Shown here piece by piece: positions 1 to 9,236 of a stretch of DNA of 64,000 nucleotides. This DNA comes from an uncultured delta proteobacterium (GTDB taxonomy: Bacteria > Desulfobacterota > Desulfuromonadia > Desulfuromonadales > BM103), in the NCBI GenBank assembly GCA_963715335.1, contig CAVQRZ010000005.1, forward strand, positions 96,001-160,000. The letters run 5' to 3'. The notes beneath the pieces are model-generated. The model saw only the letters and a program-made list of their open reading frames with translations. It made no database searches and had not been told where the DNA came from. A program made the position numbers and the translations under genes. The number at the start of each line of letters is the position of its first letter. The stretch's first letter is position 1.

Positions 1-375
1 AGAAAAAATAAGATCATCAGGGCCGAACAGCCCTTGCAGAATCCCGGTATTTGCGGCATATCCCGAGTTGAAGAACAAAGCTGCCTCGGTCCCCTTGAAT
101 GTTGCGAGGCGCGCTTCGAGTTCAGCGTGGACCGGCATCGTTCCGGAAATCAGACGACTGGCGCCGGAGCCGGCACCATATCGCACCGTGGCATCAATCA
201 TCTTCTTCACCAGGGTCGGGTGATTGGCGATACCGAGATAGTTATTGGAGCAAAGCAGCAAAACGTTGCGGCCGTTGATCTGCACCCTCGGACCCTGGCC
301 ACCATCAATAACCCTCAGGGAACGCAACATCCCCTGGCGCTGGAGCCGGGCCAGATCATCTTGCCAGTTATCCAT
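1..375 (-). CDS. bioF: 8-amino-7-oxononanoate synthase (N-terminal part, runs off the window edge)
   Basis: Not in the ORF track. Manual translation from ATG at 375: MDNWQDDLARLQRQGMLRSLRVIDGGQGPRVQINGRNVLLLCSNNYLGIANHP...GAGSGASRLISG...AALFFNSGYAANTG, which carries the BioF motifs. Overlaps the bioW stop. Confidence 0.93.
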   Translation of the reverse strand, partial: MDNWQDDLARLQRQGMLRSLRVIDGGQGPRVQINGRNVLLLCSNNYLGIANHPTLVKKMIDATVRYGAGSGASRLISGTMPVHAELEARLATFKGTEAALFFNSGYAANTGILQGLFGPDDLIFS

Positions 376-1177
376 GTCCCCCCCCCCACCTTGCCGCCGG
401 TCTTATCTCGCCGAGGCTATCGAACAAAACCGGTTTCCGCTCAAGGTAATCCGTGAGTTCCGAAATCGAACAGGCATCGGATCTGACGAAAAAAATTCTG
501 CCGCCACGCAGGTCACCGACAGACTTCAAGCTACTGATTCGCTGGTAACCGTGAGCGGGGTCAGCAACATATCCGGTGAGATATTCCGGGTCATCCGACC
601 AGCAAAGTTCAGCGATGATTCCAGGGGCACTCAAGACCTTTCCGGCAAGGACAAGGGCCTCCAGAACGCGACGGTGCCCGAGACCCGCTTGATGCAGGCG
701 GCCCTCAAAATCCCGCCGGCATTCCATGGCAACATCCATTCGGGAAACCCTGACACCCCGGCCAGGATCGCCTTCAAGGCGCTCTCCGGTTACGGCATCC
801 ATGATCACGGCACCGCGCATCACTGTTTCACCCGGCCCGGCGCCCCCGGCAAGAAGTTGCACTCCCCGGCAGGCTAAGTCCCGATCAATTCCGGCCCGGG
901 ACAGCAATTCAGCGGCAACGGCACGACCCTCCCGGTAATCATTCACCTGCCAGGTCGAAACATCGGGAAGTTTCGCATGCCACAAGGTGACAGGGTCGAT
1001 GCGTTCCGCCTGACAATACACGTCGTCGGCTACGCTGCCGGCGTCGGCGATTCCCCGCGACATGAGCTCCGAGGCGACTTGCCTGACCTCTGACAGCGGG
1101 ACAATCCTTTCGGCACCGGCGAGATGCCGACCGCACAATGAGGCGCGCATACGCACTGAAAAAAGGGGGGTGTCCAT
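368..1177 (-). CDS. bioW: 6-carboxyhexanoate-CoA ligase (pimeloyl-CoA synthetase)
   Basis: FSVRMRAS..HLAGAERI, MRGAVIMD..TGERLE, RGVRVSRMD, EALVLAGKV, ELCWSDDPEYLTGYVA, GGRIFFV. Directly upstream of bioF. Start taken as ATG 1177. Confidence 0.9.
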   Translation of the reverse strand: MDTPLFSVRMRASLCGRHLAGAERIVPLSEVRQVASELMSRGIADAGSVADDVYCQAERIDPVTLWHAKLPDVSTWQVNDYREGRAVAAELLSRAGIDRDLACRGVQLLAGGAGPGETVMRGAVIMDAVTGERLEGDPGRGVRVSRMDVAMECRRDFEGRLHQAGLGHRRVLEALVLAGKVLSAPGIIAELCWSDDPEYLTGYVADPAHGYQRISSLKSVGDLRGGRIFFVRSDACSISELTDYLERKPVLFDSLGEIRPAARWGGGHG

Positions 1178-1207
1178 GGAGGAAGAAATTATCATTGCCG
1201 ACATAGC

Positions 1208-1238
1208 TTGTCAACCTCAACAAGGTCTTGGTTAACAA
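1208..1238. promoter_or_regulatory. Putative BirA (biotin repressor) operator
   Basis: TTGTCAACC-N13-GGTTAACAA inverted repeat about 30 bp upstream of bioW. It matches the BirA consensus TGTaAACC-N14-16-GGTTtACA except for a spacer one base short. Confidence 0.75.
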
Positions 1239-1315
1239 TGCTTTTAGCTTGGGTTAATCGGTTGAAAATGTTAGCTTCGCACAGGAACAACCGGCCACAT
1301 CAAGCGGTCATAACC

Positions 1316-2107
1316 ATGTCAAAAACACTCTTACATCTGCTCTTCGCAATCTACTTGATGGCGACATCCGGCTACCTTCTGCATATCTTCTGGAGACGGT
1401 CCGCCGTTGCCACGGCATCACTCGTCCTGGTCTTTGCCGGAGTCATTTTACAGACCGCCCTGCTTGGTCACCGGTGGTGGGCTGCCGGCTATCTACCGGT
1501 CACCAACCTTTTTGCCACGCTCTTCTTCTTCAGTTGGTCGCTGGCGCTGGTTTACCTTTACTTCGAACTGCGCTACCGGATTCGCGCCACCGGTCTGTTT
1601 GTCATGCTGCTCAACCTGCTCCTGCTTGGTGGCGCACTGCCACGGGACCCTGCTGTCTCTGCACTGATACCAGCCCTCGACACTCCCCTGTTCAGCCTGC
1701 ACATCATTTTTTCCTTTGTCGGTTACGCATTTTTCGCCATGGCATTTTCAATAGGAGCCTTGTTTCTCTGCCAGGGGCGCCTGAACACCACGCTCCTACC
1801 TGACCTGCCGACACTCAGAAAGATCAATGAAGAAGCGATCTTCCTTGGCTTCGGCCTCTTCACCTTCTGCATGGTCGCCGGCAGCATCTGGGCGCATATT
1901 GCCTGGGGACACTGGTTCAGCTGGAACATCAAAAGCATCTGGTCGGTTCTGGTCTGGATGTTTTATGCCGGTATGTGTCACGCCAAATTTATCCGCCGCT
2001 GGCAGGGTGGCGTTTATGCATGGCTGTCGATTGCCGGCTTTGGCGTTGTCCTGTTCACCTACCTCGGCATCGGCTTGCTGCTTGAGAGTAATCATCCCCT
2101 GGAGTAA
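1316..2107 (+). CDS. ccsA: Cytochrome c biogenesis protein CcsA/ResC (system II)
   Basis: Multi-TM protein with a WWD-like motif GSIWAHIAWGHWFSWNIK, flanking His residues and C-terminal FTYLG. Start at ATG 1316. Confidence 0.85.
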   Translation: MSKTLLHLLFAIYLMATSGYLLHIFWRRSAVATASLVLVFAGVILQTALLGHRWWAAGYLPVTNLFATLFFFSWSLALVYLYFELRYRIRATGLFVMLLNLLLLGGALPRDPAVSALIPALDTPLFSLHIIFSFVGYAFFAMAFSIGALFLCQGRLNTTLLPDLPTLRKINEEAIFLGFGLFTFCMVAGSIWAHIAWGHWFSWNIKSIWSVLVWMFYAGMCHAKFIRRWQGGVYAWLSIAGFGVVLFTYLGIGLLLESNHPLE

Positions 2108-2109
2108 CG

Positions 2110-3183
2110 ATGTTACCGGGAAAACCAACCAGACCATTTTTACTGAAACTGTGGGCTCTCTGCTGTTCGTTGAAGCTGGCAATTACTCTGGCTTCAATGG
2201 CGACGCTGCTGATTATGGGCGGGTCCCTGGTCATGCATTACAACCCGGCTATCTTTGCCGACATGGAGCAGGAAGTCATGAGCCGCTGGCTGCCGCAGGC
2301 GTGGGCACGCGCCCCATTGCTGGTATCCTGGGTGCCTTTGAGCGGCCTGTGTGTGCTGTTGTTCGCCCTCAACACTTTCTGCTGTCTGGTCGACTGGCTC
2401 GCCGGGATCAGAGCCCGCTGGAGAAAAACCGGCGAATACCTGATCCATGCAGGCTTCGTCCTGTTGACCATCGCTTACCTGTGGGGCAACATCAGCGGAT
2501 TCCGCTCCGGACCTCACCGGCTTGCCCCCGGTGATCGCATAGCGATCCCCGAGATGCCGGGCTATCTCCTTGAACTTGAGGATTTCACCCCGCAACTCGG
2601 ACCGAGTGGCCGGCCTCTGGATATGATCAACCAGGTAGTCCTCTGGAAGAACGGTCAACCGGTTGCGCAAACAGCCGTCCGCATCAATCATCCCCTGATT
2701 TACGATGGCTTGGTCATCCTGCCAACGTCTTACGGCCAGGACCTGCAGGGCTTTCGCTTTAACCTGCCAGGCGTCGGTGTTGTTGATCTCACACCAGGGA
2801 GTCGCTTGACGATCTCAGCCGAACTCTCGCTTGCGGTTCACAAATTTCTCCCCGATGCCCGTCAAGACAGGCAAGGCCGAGTCATGCAGGTCAGTAGCTA
2901 TCTCAACAACCCTGCCCTGCAGGTCTCTCTCTTCAGCCCCTCCGGGACGGTCTGGAAGGGCTGGTATTTCCTGCGCCAGCAAGCCCCTGAAGGGCTGTTA
3001 AAAGCCGGTGTTTATTTGCGACCGATGGAACCCGTCCTGACGACTTTCAGTCTCCTGACGATTAACCGCGACCCGGGCGACAAAATGGCCCTGGCCGGAA
3101 GTCTCTGTATCAGTGTCGGCATTATCTTTGCCTTCTTCTCTTTTTACCGAAAGCGGACAATGGGGGATCGTCCGGACTTATAA
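2110..3183 (+). CDS. ccsB: Cytochrome c biogenesis protein CcsB/ResB (system II)
   Basis: SLKLAI N-terminus, LNTFCC, GEYLIHAGF, VRINHPLIYDG..ILPTSYG, INRDPG before the last TM. Adjacent to ccsA. Confidence 0.85.
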   Translation: MLPGKPTRPFLLKLWALCCSLKLAITLASMATLLIMGGSLVMHYNPAIFADMEQEVMSRWLPQAWARAPLLVSWVPLSGLCVLLFALNTFCCLVDWLAGIRARWRKTGEYLIHAGFVLLTIAYLWGNISGFRSGPHRLAPGDRIAIPEMPGYLLELEDFTPQLGPSGRPLDMINQVVLWKNGQPVAQTAVRINHPLIYDGLVILPTSYGQDLQGFRFNLPGVGVVDLTPGSRLTISAELSLAVHKFLPDARQDRQGRVMQVSSYLNNPALQVSLFSPSGTVWKGWYFLRQQAPEGLLKAGVYLRPMEPVLTTFSLLTINRDPGDKMALAGSLCISVGIIFAFFSFYRKRTMGDRPDL

Positions 3184-3283
3184 AGCCTTTGCCGCTTGTC
3201 ACAACAGGTTTCGTTAGCTATTATTCAGCTAGGTTAGGCAACATACTGAACTGGTTTTATTATAGCGACTTACGGGGGCCAAG

Positions 3284-4267
3284 ATGTTGACCAGGAACCA
3301 CTCCATACTGATCGTTGACAATGTCACCGAGCGCCGCAAGCAACTCCAGTCAATGCTGTCCGAGCGTGAAGATTCTGTCATTGAAGCCGACACATCGGAA
3401 GCGGCCCTTGAGCTGATGAAGGAAATGCAGGTGGACCTGGTCATCACGGAGACCGAGCTACCGACACGCAGCGGGCTTTACCTGCTTCAGGAGGTAAAAA
3501 AGCGCTACCCGGAAACCGAGGTGATTCTCACCACGCACAACGCATCATCTTTCAACCTCCTGCAGGCCCTGAGGCATGGGGCGTTCGATTTCATTGTCCG
3601 TCCGATCGATACGTCGGAAATCCTCTTCAATATCATTGACAAGGCCTTCACCCAGATCGACCTGCGCGTTCATAACCAGGCACTCCTGGCTGAACTGGCA
3701 CATCGCAACCAGGAGATGGAGCGATCGCTCGCCATGATGACCGCTCTCAGTGAAGCGATCGAAAAGATCAACTCGGCGATTGAGGTATCGGAACTGCTGA
3801 GCCGCCTGCTCAGCTCCGCGATGGGCGCCCTGCACGCCAAGAAAGGGTTATTGGCATTGATTTGCGGTCCAGGGCAGAGCCCCTTCGGCATCAAGATGGG
3901 ACGTGGCGTTGCAGAAGAATTCGTCCAGAAGTATGCCGACAAGCTCCCCGAAGGCCTCCTGCTGGACATTGCTCGAAGTGGCAGCCCGATGGTTGTTTCC
4001 GATGTACTGCCCACTTATATGATGGATCGGGTCAACGAGGAAGAACGACATCTGGTTGCCGATCCCGGTCTTCTGGCCGTGCCGCTCTATCATCGCGACC
4101 GGGCCATCGGCGTCATGATCCTGTTCGGGCATGCGGAGGGAACCCCGTTTACCGGCCAAAACCTGCAATTCCTGGCTCAATTGGCGCATCACGCCGCCAT
4201 TACTCTGGAGAAAGCCGGGATCATCCACCAACTTAAACGACAGGGGAAAACCACCAAAAGTAAATAG
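3284..4267 (+). CDS. Atypical receiver domain + coiled coil + GAF domain protein
   Basis: N-terminal REC fold (ILIVD, DLVIT, GAFDFIVRP). C-terminal GAF (LLAVPL..RDRAIGVMIL...FT..NLQFLAQLAHHAAITLE). Confidence 0.8.
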   Translation: MLTRNHSILIVDNVTERRKQLQSMLSEREDSVIEADTSEAALELMKEMQVDLVITETELPTRSGLYLLQEVKKRYPETEVILTTHNASSFNLLQALRHGAFDFIVRPIDTSEILFNIIDKAFTQIDLRVHNQALLAELAHRNQEMERSLAMMTALSEAIEKINSAIEVSELLSRLLSSAMGALHAKKGLLALICGPGQSPFGIKMGRGVAEEFVQKYADKLPEGLLLDIARSGSPMVVSDVLPTYMMDRVNEEERHLVADPGLLAVPLYHRDRAIGVMILFGHAEGTPFTGQNLQFLAQLAHHAAITLEKAGIIHQLKRQGKTTKSK

Positions 4268-4346
4268 CGCACACAAGGTCCTCGCTTAACAGAAGCAAAT
4301 TCAGCACAACGGCACTGGTTCATCATAAAGAGATAGGAAGCGGCAC

Positions 4347-4982
4347 ATGTTGCAGATGAAATGCCCGAAATGTGAAGCAATCATCAGCTCTCCCTTCCTT
4401 GTTGAGATCGGCGCCGTCACGTGTGAGCAATGCAAACAAGATGTCACCGTCAATGATGTGTTTGTCACGACCAGCGGCTTTAAAATGCACCGCGACGATC
4501 TGCTTGCGCGAGTTCTCCATTACCGTGCCCTTTTGAAAGATGTTGAAAGGGAGAAGATGCAGATCAGCAACAGTGGCAGTGCGTCGGCTGAAGCCCAAAA
4601 AAGCCTGGACCAGTTCTACAACACCCTCCGGGAATTACTGGCTGCAGCGAGAGAGCATTTCCGACTGCAAATTGCCAAGGATTTTCCACTGGATATCGAA
4701 TGGGCCGGCAAGACGGGCAGAGGGTGTTTACTGAATTTAAGCACCAAAGGTGCCGCGATCAAATACCAGGCACAAAGGCTGCCGATCCACGGATCAGTCA
4801 TTAGATTGCAAATGGCCCTGCCGAATATAGCCGAGCCATTTTGTCTTTCGGCTGAAATTGTCTGGATCGATAAGCGTAGCAGAAATGAGCAACAGGGCAA
4901 CGTCATAGTGGGCGTGAAATTCATGGGTCTGAACGAAGTGACCCAGAATCACTTATGGAAGTACATTTCCAGTTCGCACTAG
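4347..4982 (+). CDS. Zinc-ribbon + PilZ domain protein
   Basis: CPKC...CEQC at the N-terminus. PilZ motifs RxxxR (REHFR) and NxSxxG (NLSTKG), plus AEIVW and VGVKF. Confidence 0.8.
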   Translation: MLQMKCPKCEAIISSPFLVEIGAVTCEQCKQDVTVNDVFVTTSGFKMHRDDLLARVLHYRALLKDVEREKMQISNSGSASAEAQKSLDQFYNTLRELLAAAREHFRLQIAKDFPLDIEWAGKTGRGCLLNLSTKGAAIKYQAQRLPIHGSVIRLQMALPNIAEPFCLSAEIVWIDKRSRNEQQGNVIVGVKFMGLNEVTQNHLWKYISSSH

Positions 4983-5110
4983 AACTCCCGGTGAGCCTGA
5001 GCACTCGATAGCCATTATTCTCGCTGCAGGTAATTCAACAAGACCCCTGAAAGCTTTGAACAGGCAAAGGGCACCATCTTTTATCAGACAAGACCTACAA
5101 GGAGTTGGTT

Positions 5111-5458
5111 ATGAGAATTGAATCTTTGGTCGGGAAAATATTCATGATTGCAACTTTGGTGATCCCCGTCATGTCGATTGCACCCGCAACACATGCTGGC
5201 GAACTCCCCGATTTTTTGTACAGCAAGGGCGGCATTATTTATCCGCATACGGGTGACTCCACACAGGAAATTTTCCGCACCCCGCCCAATGTTAAAGATT
5301 TCATCGAACCGGGAATGCTCATCGGCGTCTTGCCGGAAGACTGTACCTCTGCAAGTCGAGGTACGATTGGGGATTACTATATCTGCAATCACGATCTGGC
5401 GCTTAAACCCGAAGAGCACTACGGCAAGACTGTTTATCGAGTGATTGAAGTAGACTGA
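5111..5458 (+). CDS. Small exported hypothetical protein (possibly DUF6515-like)
   Basis: AAGGAG RBS, a signal peptide ending ATHA, and a PG..IGVLP.DC....G.YY.C....P....YRVI pattern. Confidence 0.6.
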   Translation: MRIESLVGKIFMIATLVIPVMSIAPATHAGELPDFLYSKGGIIYPHTGDSTQEIFRTPPNVKDFIEPGMLIGVLPEDCTSASRGTIGDYYICNHDLALKPEEHYGKTVYRVIEVD

Positions 5459-5504
5459 GAGCGGGGTTTGTTTTTTACCTGGCAGATGGAGACTCTATGA
5501 AGCC

Positions 5505-5535
5505 AAGGGCATCAGATGGTTAATCTGTTGCCCTT
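5505..5535. terminator. Terminator-like hairpin, inverted copy of 6028..6056
   Basis: AAGGGCATCAGAT-GGTTA-ATCTGTTGCCCTT followed by a T-rich tract, downstream of the 5111..5458 gene. Confidence 0.6.
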
Positions 5536-5565
5536 TGCCTTTTCTTGAAATGCTAGTAAAAGCAA

Positions 5566-5985
5566 AACCGGCGGGTCGCGTCCCGCCACGACGCCATACT
5601 CTTTTGTCCGGCAACAAAAGTATGCAAAAGTGCCTTCTCCTTGCGGAGGGCATCTCCTTTGCCGGATGTCTGTGACTTCAAGAACCTGTTACTGATGGGG
5701 ATCCGGCCCTGTGTCAGAAGGGCCTGACCTTTCCTGCTGTGAATTTACAAGGGAAAAGCCTGAAAACATGACCTTTATCCATGCAAATCTTCACGAGAAG
5801 GAGAGGCTCTCAAGAGCCTCGGATCCTGCGGGGGAAGCGTAGGCTCTTGATCGTTTAGAACGTTCTGAATTGATGTCGCCGCCATCCCGCGCCAGACATG
5901 CCCAGCGCAGCGCAGGCCTTTTTCTGCTTACTCTTTTAGGCCAGTAAAAGAGTAAGGCGCAGTCGGGGGGCGCGACCCCCGGGTT
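5566..5985. repeat. Non-coding structured repeat element, copy 1 (REPIN/MITE-like)
   Basis: The first ~170 bp closely match 60988..61150. Both ends carry inverted GC-hairpin plus TACT..TTT/AAAAG..TA hairpin arms. No ORF. Confidence 0.85.
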
Positions 5986-6027
5986 CTGATTTTGGTTTTG
6001 TCTCTAAATTGCAGTGGACAACGACAA

Positions 6028-6056
6028 AGGGCAACAGATGAACCATCTGTTGCCCT
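6028..6056. terminator. Terminator-like hairpin downstream of dxs
   Basis: Perfect 13-bp stem AGGGCAACAGATG-AAC-CATCTGTTGCCCT, with TTTGT following on the minus strand. Confidence 0.7.
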
Positions 6057-6131
6057 CTCTATATATGAAATCTGAACTTTGTCAGCATCCTGAAGGGAGG
6101 CAGAAACACTCCCCTCCTTTCGATACGGTTA

Positions 6132-8009
6132 CTATTTATCGGCCAGTGCCTCCCTGACCTTAGCAGCGACCCCGCTGGCATTCAGGCCGTAACGTTCCCT
6201 CAGTTCAGCCTGGCTGCCCTGTTCAACGAATTTGTCCGGCAGGCCAATACGCCTGACAGGCACGTGGACCCCCTCGTCACAAAAGAGCTCCAACACGGCT
6301 GAGCCGAAGCCTCCCCGGAGCGCATTCTCTTCTGCGGTAATCACACAACCGGTCCTTGTCGCTTCGGCAACCAGCAGGTCTCTGTCCAGTGGTTTAAGGA
6401 ACACCGGATCGACGACCGCGACACCTATGCCTTCGGCTTCGAGAAGCTCTGCTGCTGCCATCGCCTCAGGAACCTGGGTGCCAAGGGCGAAGATGACACA
6501 ATCATTGCCGTCGCGAAGTTTATCCCCCTTGCCGATCACAAGCGCTGCAGCTGCTTCCTCGGCAACACCTGTTCCCGTGCCACGGGGATACCTGAAAGCA
6601 AAGGGGCCATCAAAACCCAGTGCTGTCGCCACAGCGTGACGCAGATAATTCTCGTCACGCGGAACCATGAACACCAGGTTCGGGATATGCCGGAGGTAAG
6701 AGTAATCGAATACACCATGGTGGGTCGGCCCATCGGCCCCGACAAGACCGCCACGGTCGAGGGCAAAGGTGACTGGCAGCTTTTGCAGGCAGACATCGTG
6801 CAGAACACTGTCATAGGCCCGCTGTAAAAAAGTCGAATAAATTGCGACAAACGGTTTAAGCCCGCGGCTGGCGATACCGGCGGCAAAGGTCACGGCATGC
6901 TGTTCGGCAATCCCAACGTCGAAAAAGCGCTCCGGATATTGTTCGGCAAACGCTTTCAGTCCGGTCCCTTCGAGCATGGCAGCCGTGATCGCAATGATCC
7001 GGTCATCATGCGCCGCCATTTCAGTCATCACATCACCGAAGACCTTGGTATAACTGGGTGGACCGCTGCTCTTTTTCACCTCTCCGGTAGCCTGGTCAAA
7101 CGGGCCGACGCCATGGTAAATATGCGGGTTCTCTTCGGCGGGAGCGTAGCCCTTGCCTTTTTTGGTGACCACGTGCATCAGGATCGGGCCATCCATATGA
7201 GTTATATTTTCAAGGGTCTGAATCAGTTCATCTAGCTTGTGGCCATCGATCGGGCCGACGTAGTCAAAATCAAACGCCTCGAAAAGCATTCCCGGGGTCA
7301 GAAACCCCTTGACGGCCTCTTCGGCCTTTTTCGCCAAGCGTCTGAGGTCCTTGCCAACCTTCGGCACGCTATCAAGGAAATGCTCGGTTTCCCGTTTTAG
7401 TCGTACGAAAAAATCGGACGTCAACTGTCGACTGAAAAAAGAAGAAAGCGCGCCGACGTTGGGTGAAATTGACATTTCATTATCATTGAGAATGACAAGC
7501 AGGTCTTTTTTGAGATGACCGGCTTGGTTGAGTGACTCGAAAGCCAGTCCGGCGGTTAGCGAACCGTCACCGATCACTGCGACAACCCGTTCATCACCAC
7601 CCCTGGCGTCCCGAGCCGTTGCAATGCCGAGGGCTGCGGCAATCGAGGTGCTGGAGTGGCCGACATCAAAGCAGTCATGAGGACTCTCGGCACGCTTGGG
7701 AAAGCCGCTAAGGCCGTCGAGCTGACGCAGGGTATGGAACTGTTCATATCGACCGGTCAAGAGTTTGTGTGCGTAAGCCTGGTGCCCAACATCCCAGACG
7801 ATCTTGTCGGTAGGGGAGTTGAAAACCCGGTGCAAAGCAATAGTCAGTTCAACAACCCCCAAGGAACTGGCCAGATGGCCACCGTTTGCTGCGACAGTCC
7901 GCACGATAACCTCACGCAGCTCTTCCGCCACCTGCGGGAGTTCCGCGATCGGGAGTTCCTTGAGGAAAGCAATGGGATCTTCAAGCTTCAGGATGTCTGT
8001 CATGTTCAT
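6132..8009 (-). CDS. dxs: 1-deoxy-D-xylulose-5-phosphate synthase
   Basis: [64 protein letters not shown]. Confidence 0.98.
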   Translation of the reverse strand: MNMTDILKLEDPIAFLKELPIAELPQVAEELREVIVRTVAANGGHLASSLGVVELTIALHRVFNSPTDKIVWDVGHQAYAHKLLTGRYEQFHTLRQLDGLSGFPKRAESPHDCFDVGHSSTSIAAALGIATARDARGGDERVVAVIGDGSLTAGLAFESLNQAGHLKKDLLVILNDNEMSISPNVGALSSFFSRQLTSDFFVRLKRETEHFLDSVPKVGKDLRRLAKKAEEAVKGFLTPGMLFEAFDFDYVGPIDGHKLDELIQTLENITHMDGPILMHVVTKKGKGYAPAEENPHIYHGVGPFDQATGEVKKSSGPPSYTKVFGDVMTEMAAHDDRIIAITAAMLEGTGLKAFAEQYPERFFDVGIAEQHAVTFAAGIASRGLKPFVAIYSTFLQRAYDSVLHDVCLQKLPVTFALDRGGLVGADGPTHHGVFDYSYLRHIPNLVFMVPRDENYLRHAVATALGFDGPFAFRYPRGTGTGVAEEAAAALVIGKGDKLRDGNDCVIFALGTQVPEAMAAAELLEAEGIGVAVVDPVFLKPLDRDLLVAEATRTGCVITAEENALRGGFGSAVLELFCDEGVHVPVRRIGLPDKFVEQGSQAELRERYGLNASGVAAKVREALADK

Positions 8010-8021
8010 CACACTTACATT

Positions 8022-8912
8022 TCAGTTGTTTCGATTGACAATGTAGCGAGCCAGCTCCTGCAAGATTTCCGCAGGCTCACCTAAAGGAGCCAGCGCAGCA
8101 ACGGCAATTTCGCAAAGCTCGTCGGCTCGTTGTCGCGCTTCATCAAGACCGAGCACCGCCGGGTAAGTCGCCTTACCTCGGGCCTGGTCGCTACCGACAT
8201 CCTTACCAAGTTGCGCCTGGTCACCAACGACATCCAGAATATCATCTGCTATCTGAAAAGCCAATCCAGCAGCACCGCCGAACCGTTTTATAGCCTTGAT
8301 TTCTGCATCATTGGCGCCGGCCAATAAAGCTCCGACCTGGACTGAGGCCAGAATCAGGCCACCCGTTTTGTGCGTATGGATATATTCAAGAGTCGGGAAG
8401 TCAATTTCCTTCCCCTCCGATTCCATGTCCACCACCTGTCCGCCAACCATCCCCTGGGAGCCCGCGTAGCGTGCCACGAGCTCGATCACCTTGAGAGCCC
8501 TGGCCGGTGGAATTGACAAATTGGCCTCGGTATCGGCAAGCAGGCGAAAAGCTTCTGTCAGCAAGGCGTCTCCGGCGAGAATAGCGGTCGCCTCGCCGTG
8601 CACCTTGTGGTTGGTCGGGCGTCCGCGCCGGAAATCATCATCATCCATAGCCGGCAGGTCATCATGGACCAGTGAGTAGGTATGGATCATCTCCATTGCA
8701 CAGGCAGCATGCAGCACCTGCCGGGCGTGACCGCCAACCGCTTCACAGGCAGCAATCATCAGGATCGGGCGCAGGCGCTTGCCTCCGGCAAAAACCGAAT
8801 ATCGCATAGCCTGGTGCAGGGAGCGAGGTAAAACGTCCTCACCCGGCAACCACCGCTCCAACCCCTGATCTACAAGTGCAGAGCGATTTTGCAGGTAATC
8901 CTTGAGGTCCAT
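8022..8912 (-). CDS. ispA: Farnesyl diphosphate synthase / polyprenyl synthetase
   Basis: GGKRLRP, HDDLPAMDDDDFRRGRPTNH, AFQIADDILD. Lies in the xseB-ispA-dxs operon. Confidence 0.96.
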   Translation of the reverse strand: MDLKDYLQNRSALVDQGLERWLPGEDVLPRSLHQAMRYSVFAGGKRLRPILMIAACEAVGGHARQVLHAACAMEMIHTYSLVHDDLPAMDDDDFRRGRPTNHKVHGEATAILAGDALLTEAFRLLADTEANLSIPPARALKVIELVARYAGSQGMVGGQVVDMESEGKEIDFPTLEYIHTHKTGGLILASVQVGALLAGANDAEIKAIKRFGGAAGLAFQIADDILDVVGDQAQLGKDVGSDQARGKATYPAVLGLDEARQRADELCEIAVAALAPLGEPAEILQELARYIVNRNN

Positions 8913-8920
8913 GGCAAGGC

Positions 8921-9160
8921 TCAGTCCTGATCGTCTTTGCCGTTGAATACTTCTGTCACCAATTCCCCCCCCGCGCCTTTTGTCAGGGTTTCAATACGGC
9001 TTTCAACCACCTGAAGCTTTTGCCGGCACAGATTGGCACTAAGCACTCCTGCTTCGAAACAATCGAGAGCTTCATCGAGAGGTATCTGCCCTTTCTCCAG
9101 CCTGACAACAGCTTCCTCGAGATTTTTCAGCGCCTGCTCAAATGTCGTCTCTTCCGACAT
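8921..9160 (-). CDS. xseB: Exodeoxyribonuclease VII small subunit
   Basis: TFEQALKNLEEAVVRLEKGQIPLDEAL. AAGGAG RBS before ATG 9160. Confidence 0.93.
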   Translation of the reverse strand: MSEETTFEQALKNLEEAVVRLEKGQIPLDEALDCFEAGVLSANLCRQKLQVVESRIETLTKGAGGELVTEVFNGKDDQD

Positions 9161-9236
9161 CCTGACTCCTTTCCTGTGCGTTGGAACGCAACGAATCGAT
9201 GTAAAACACCACGCTATCAACGTTGTGTCAAGAAAC

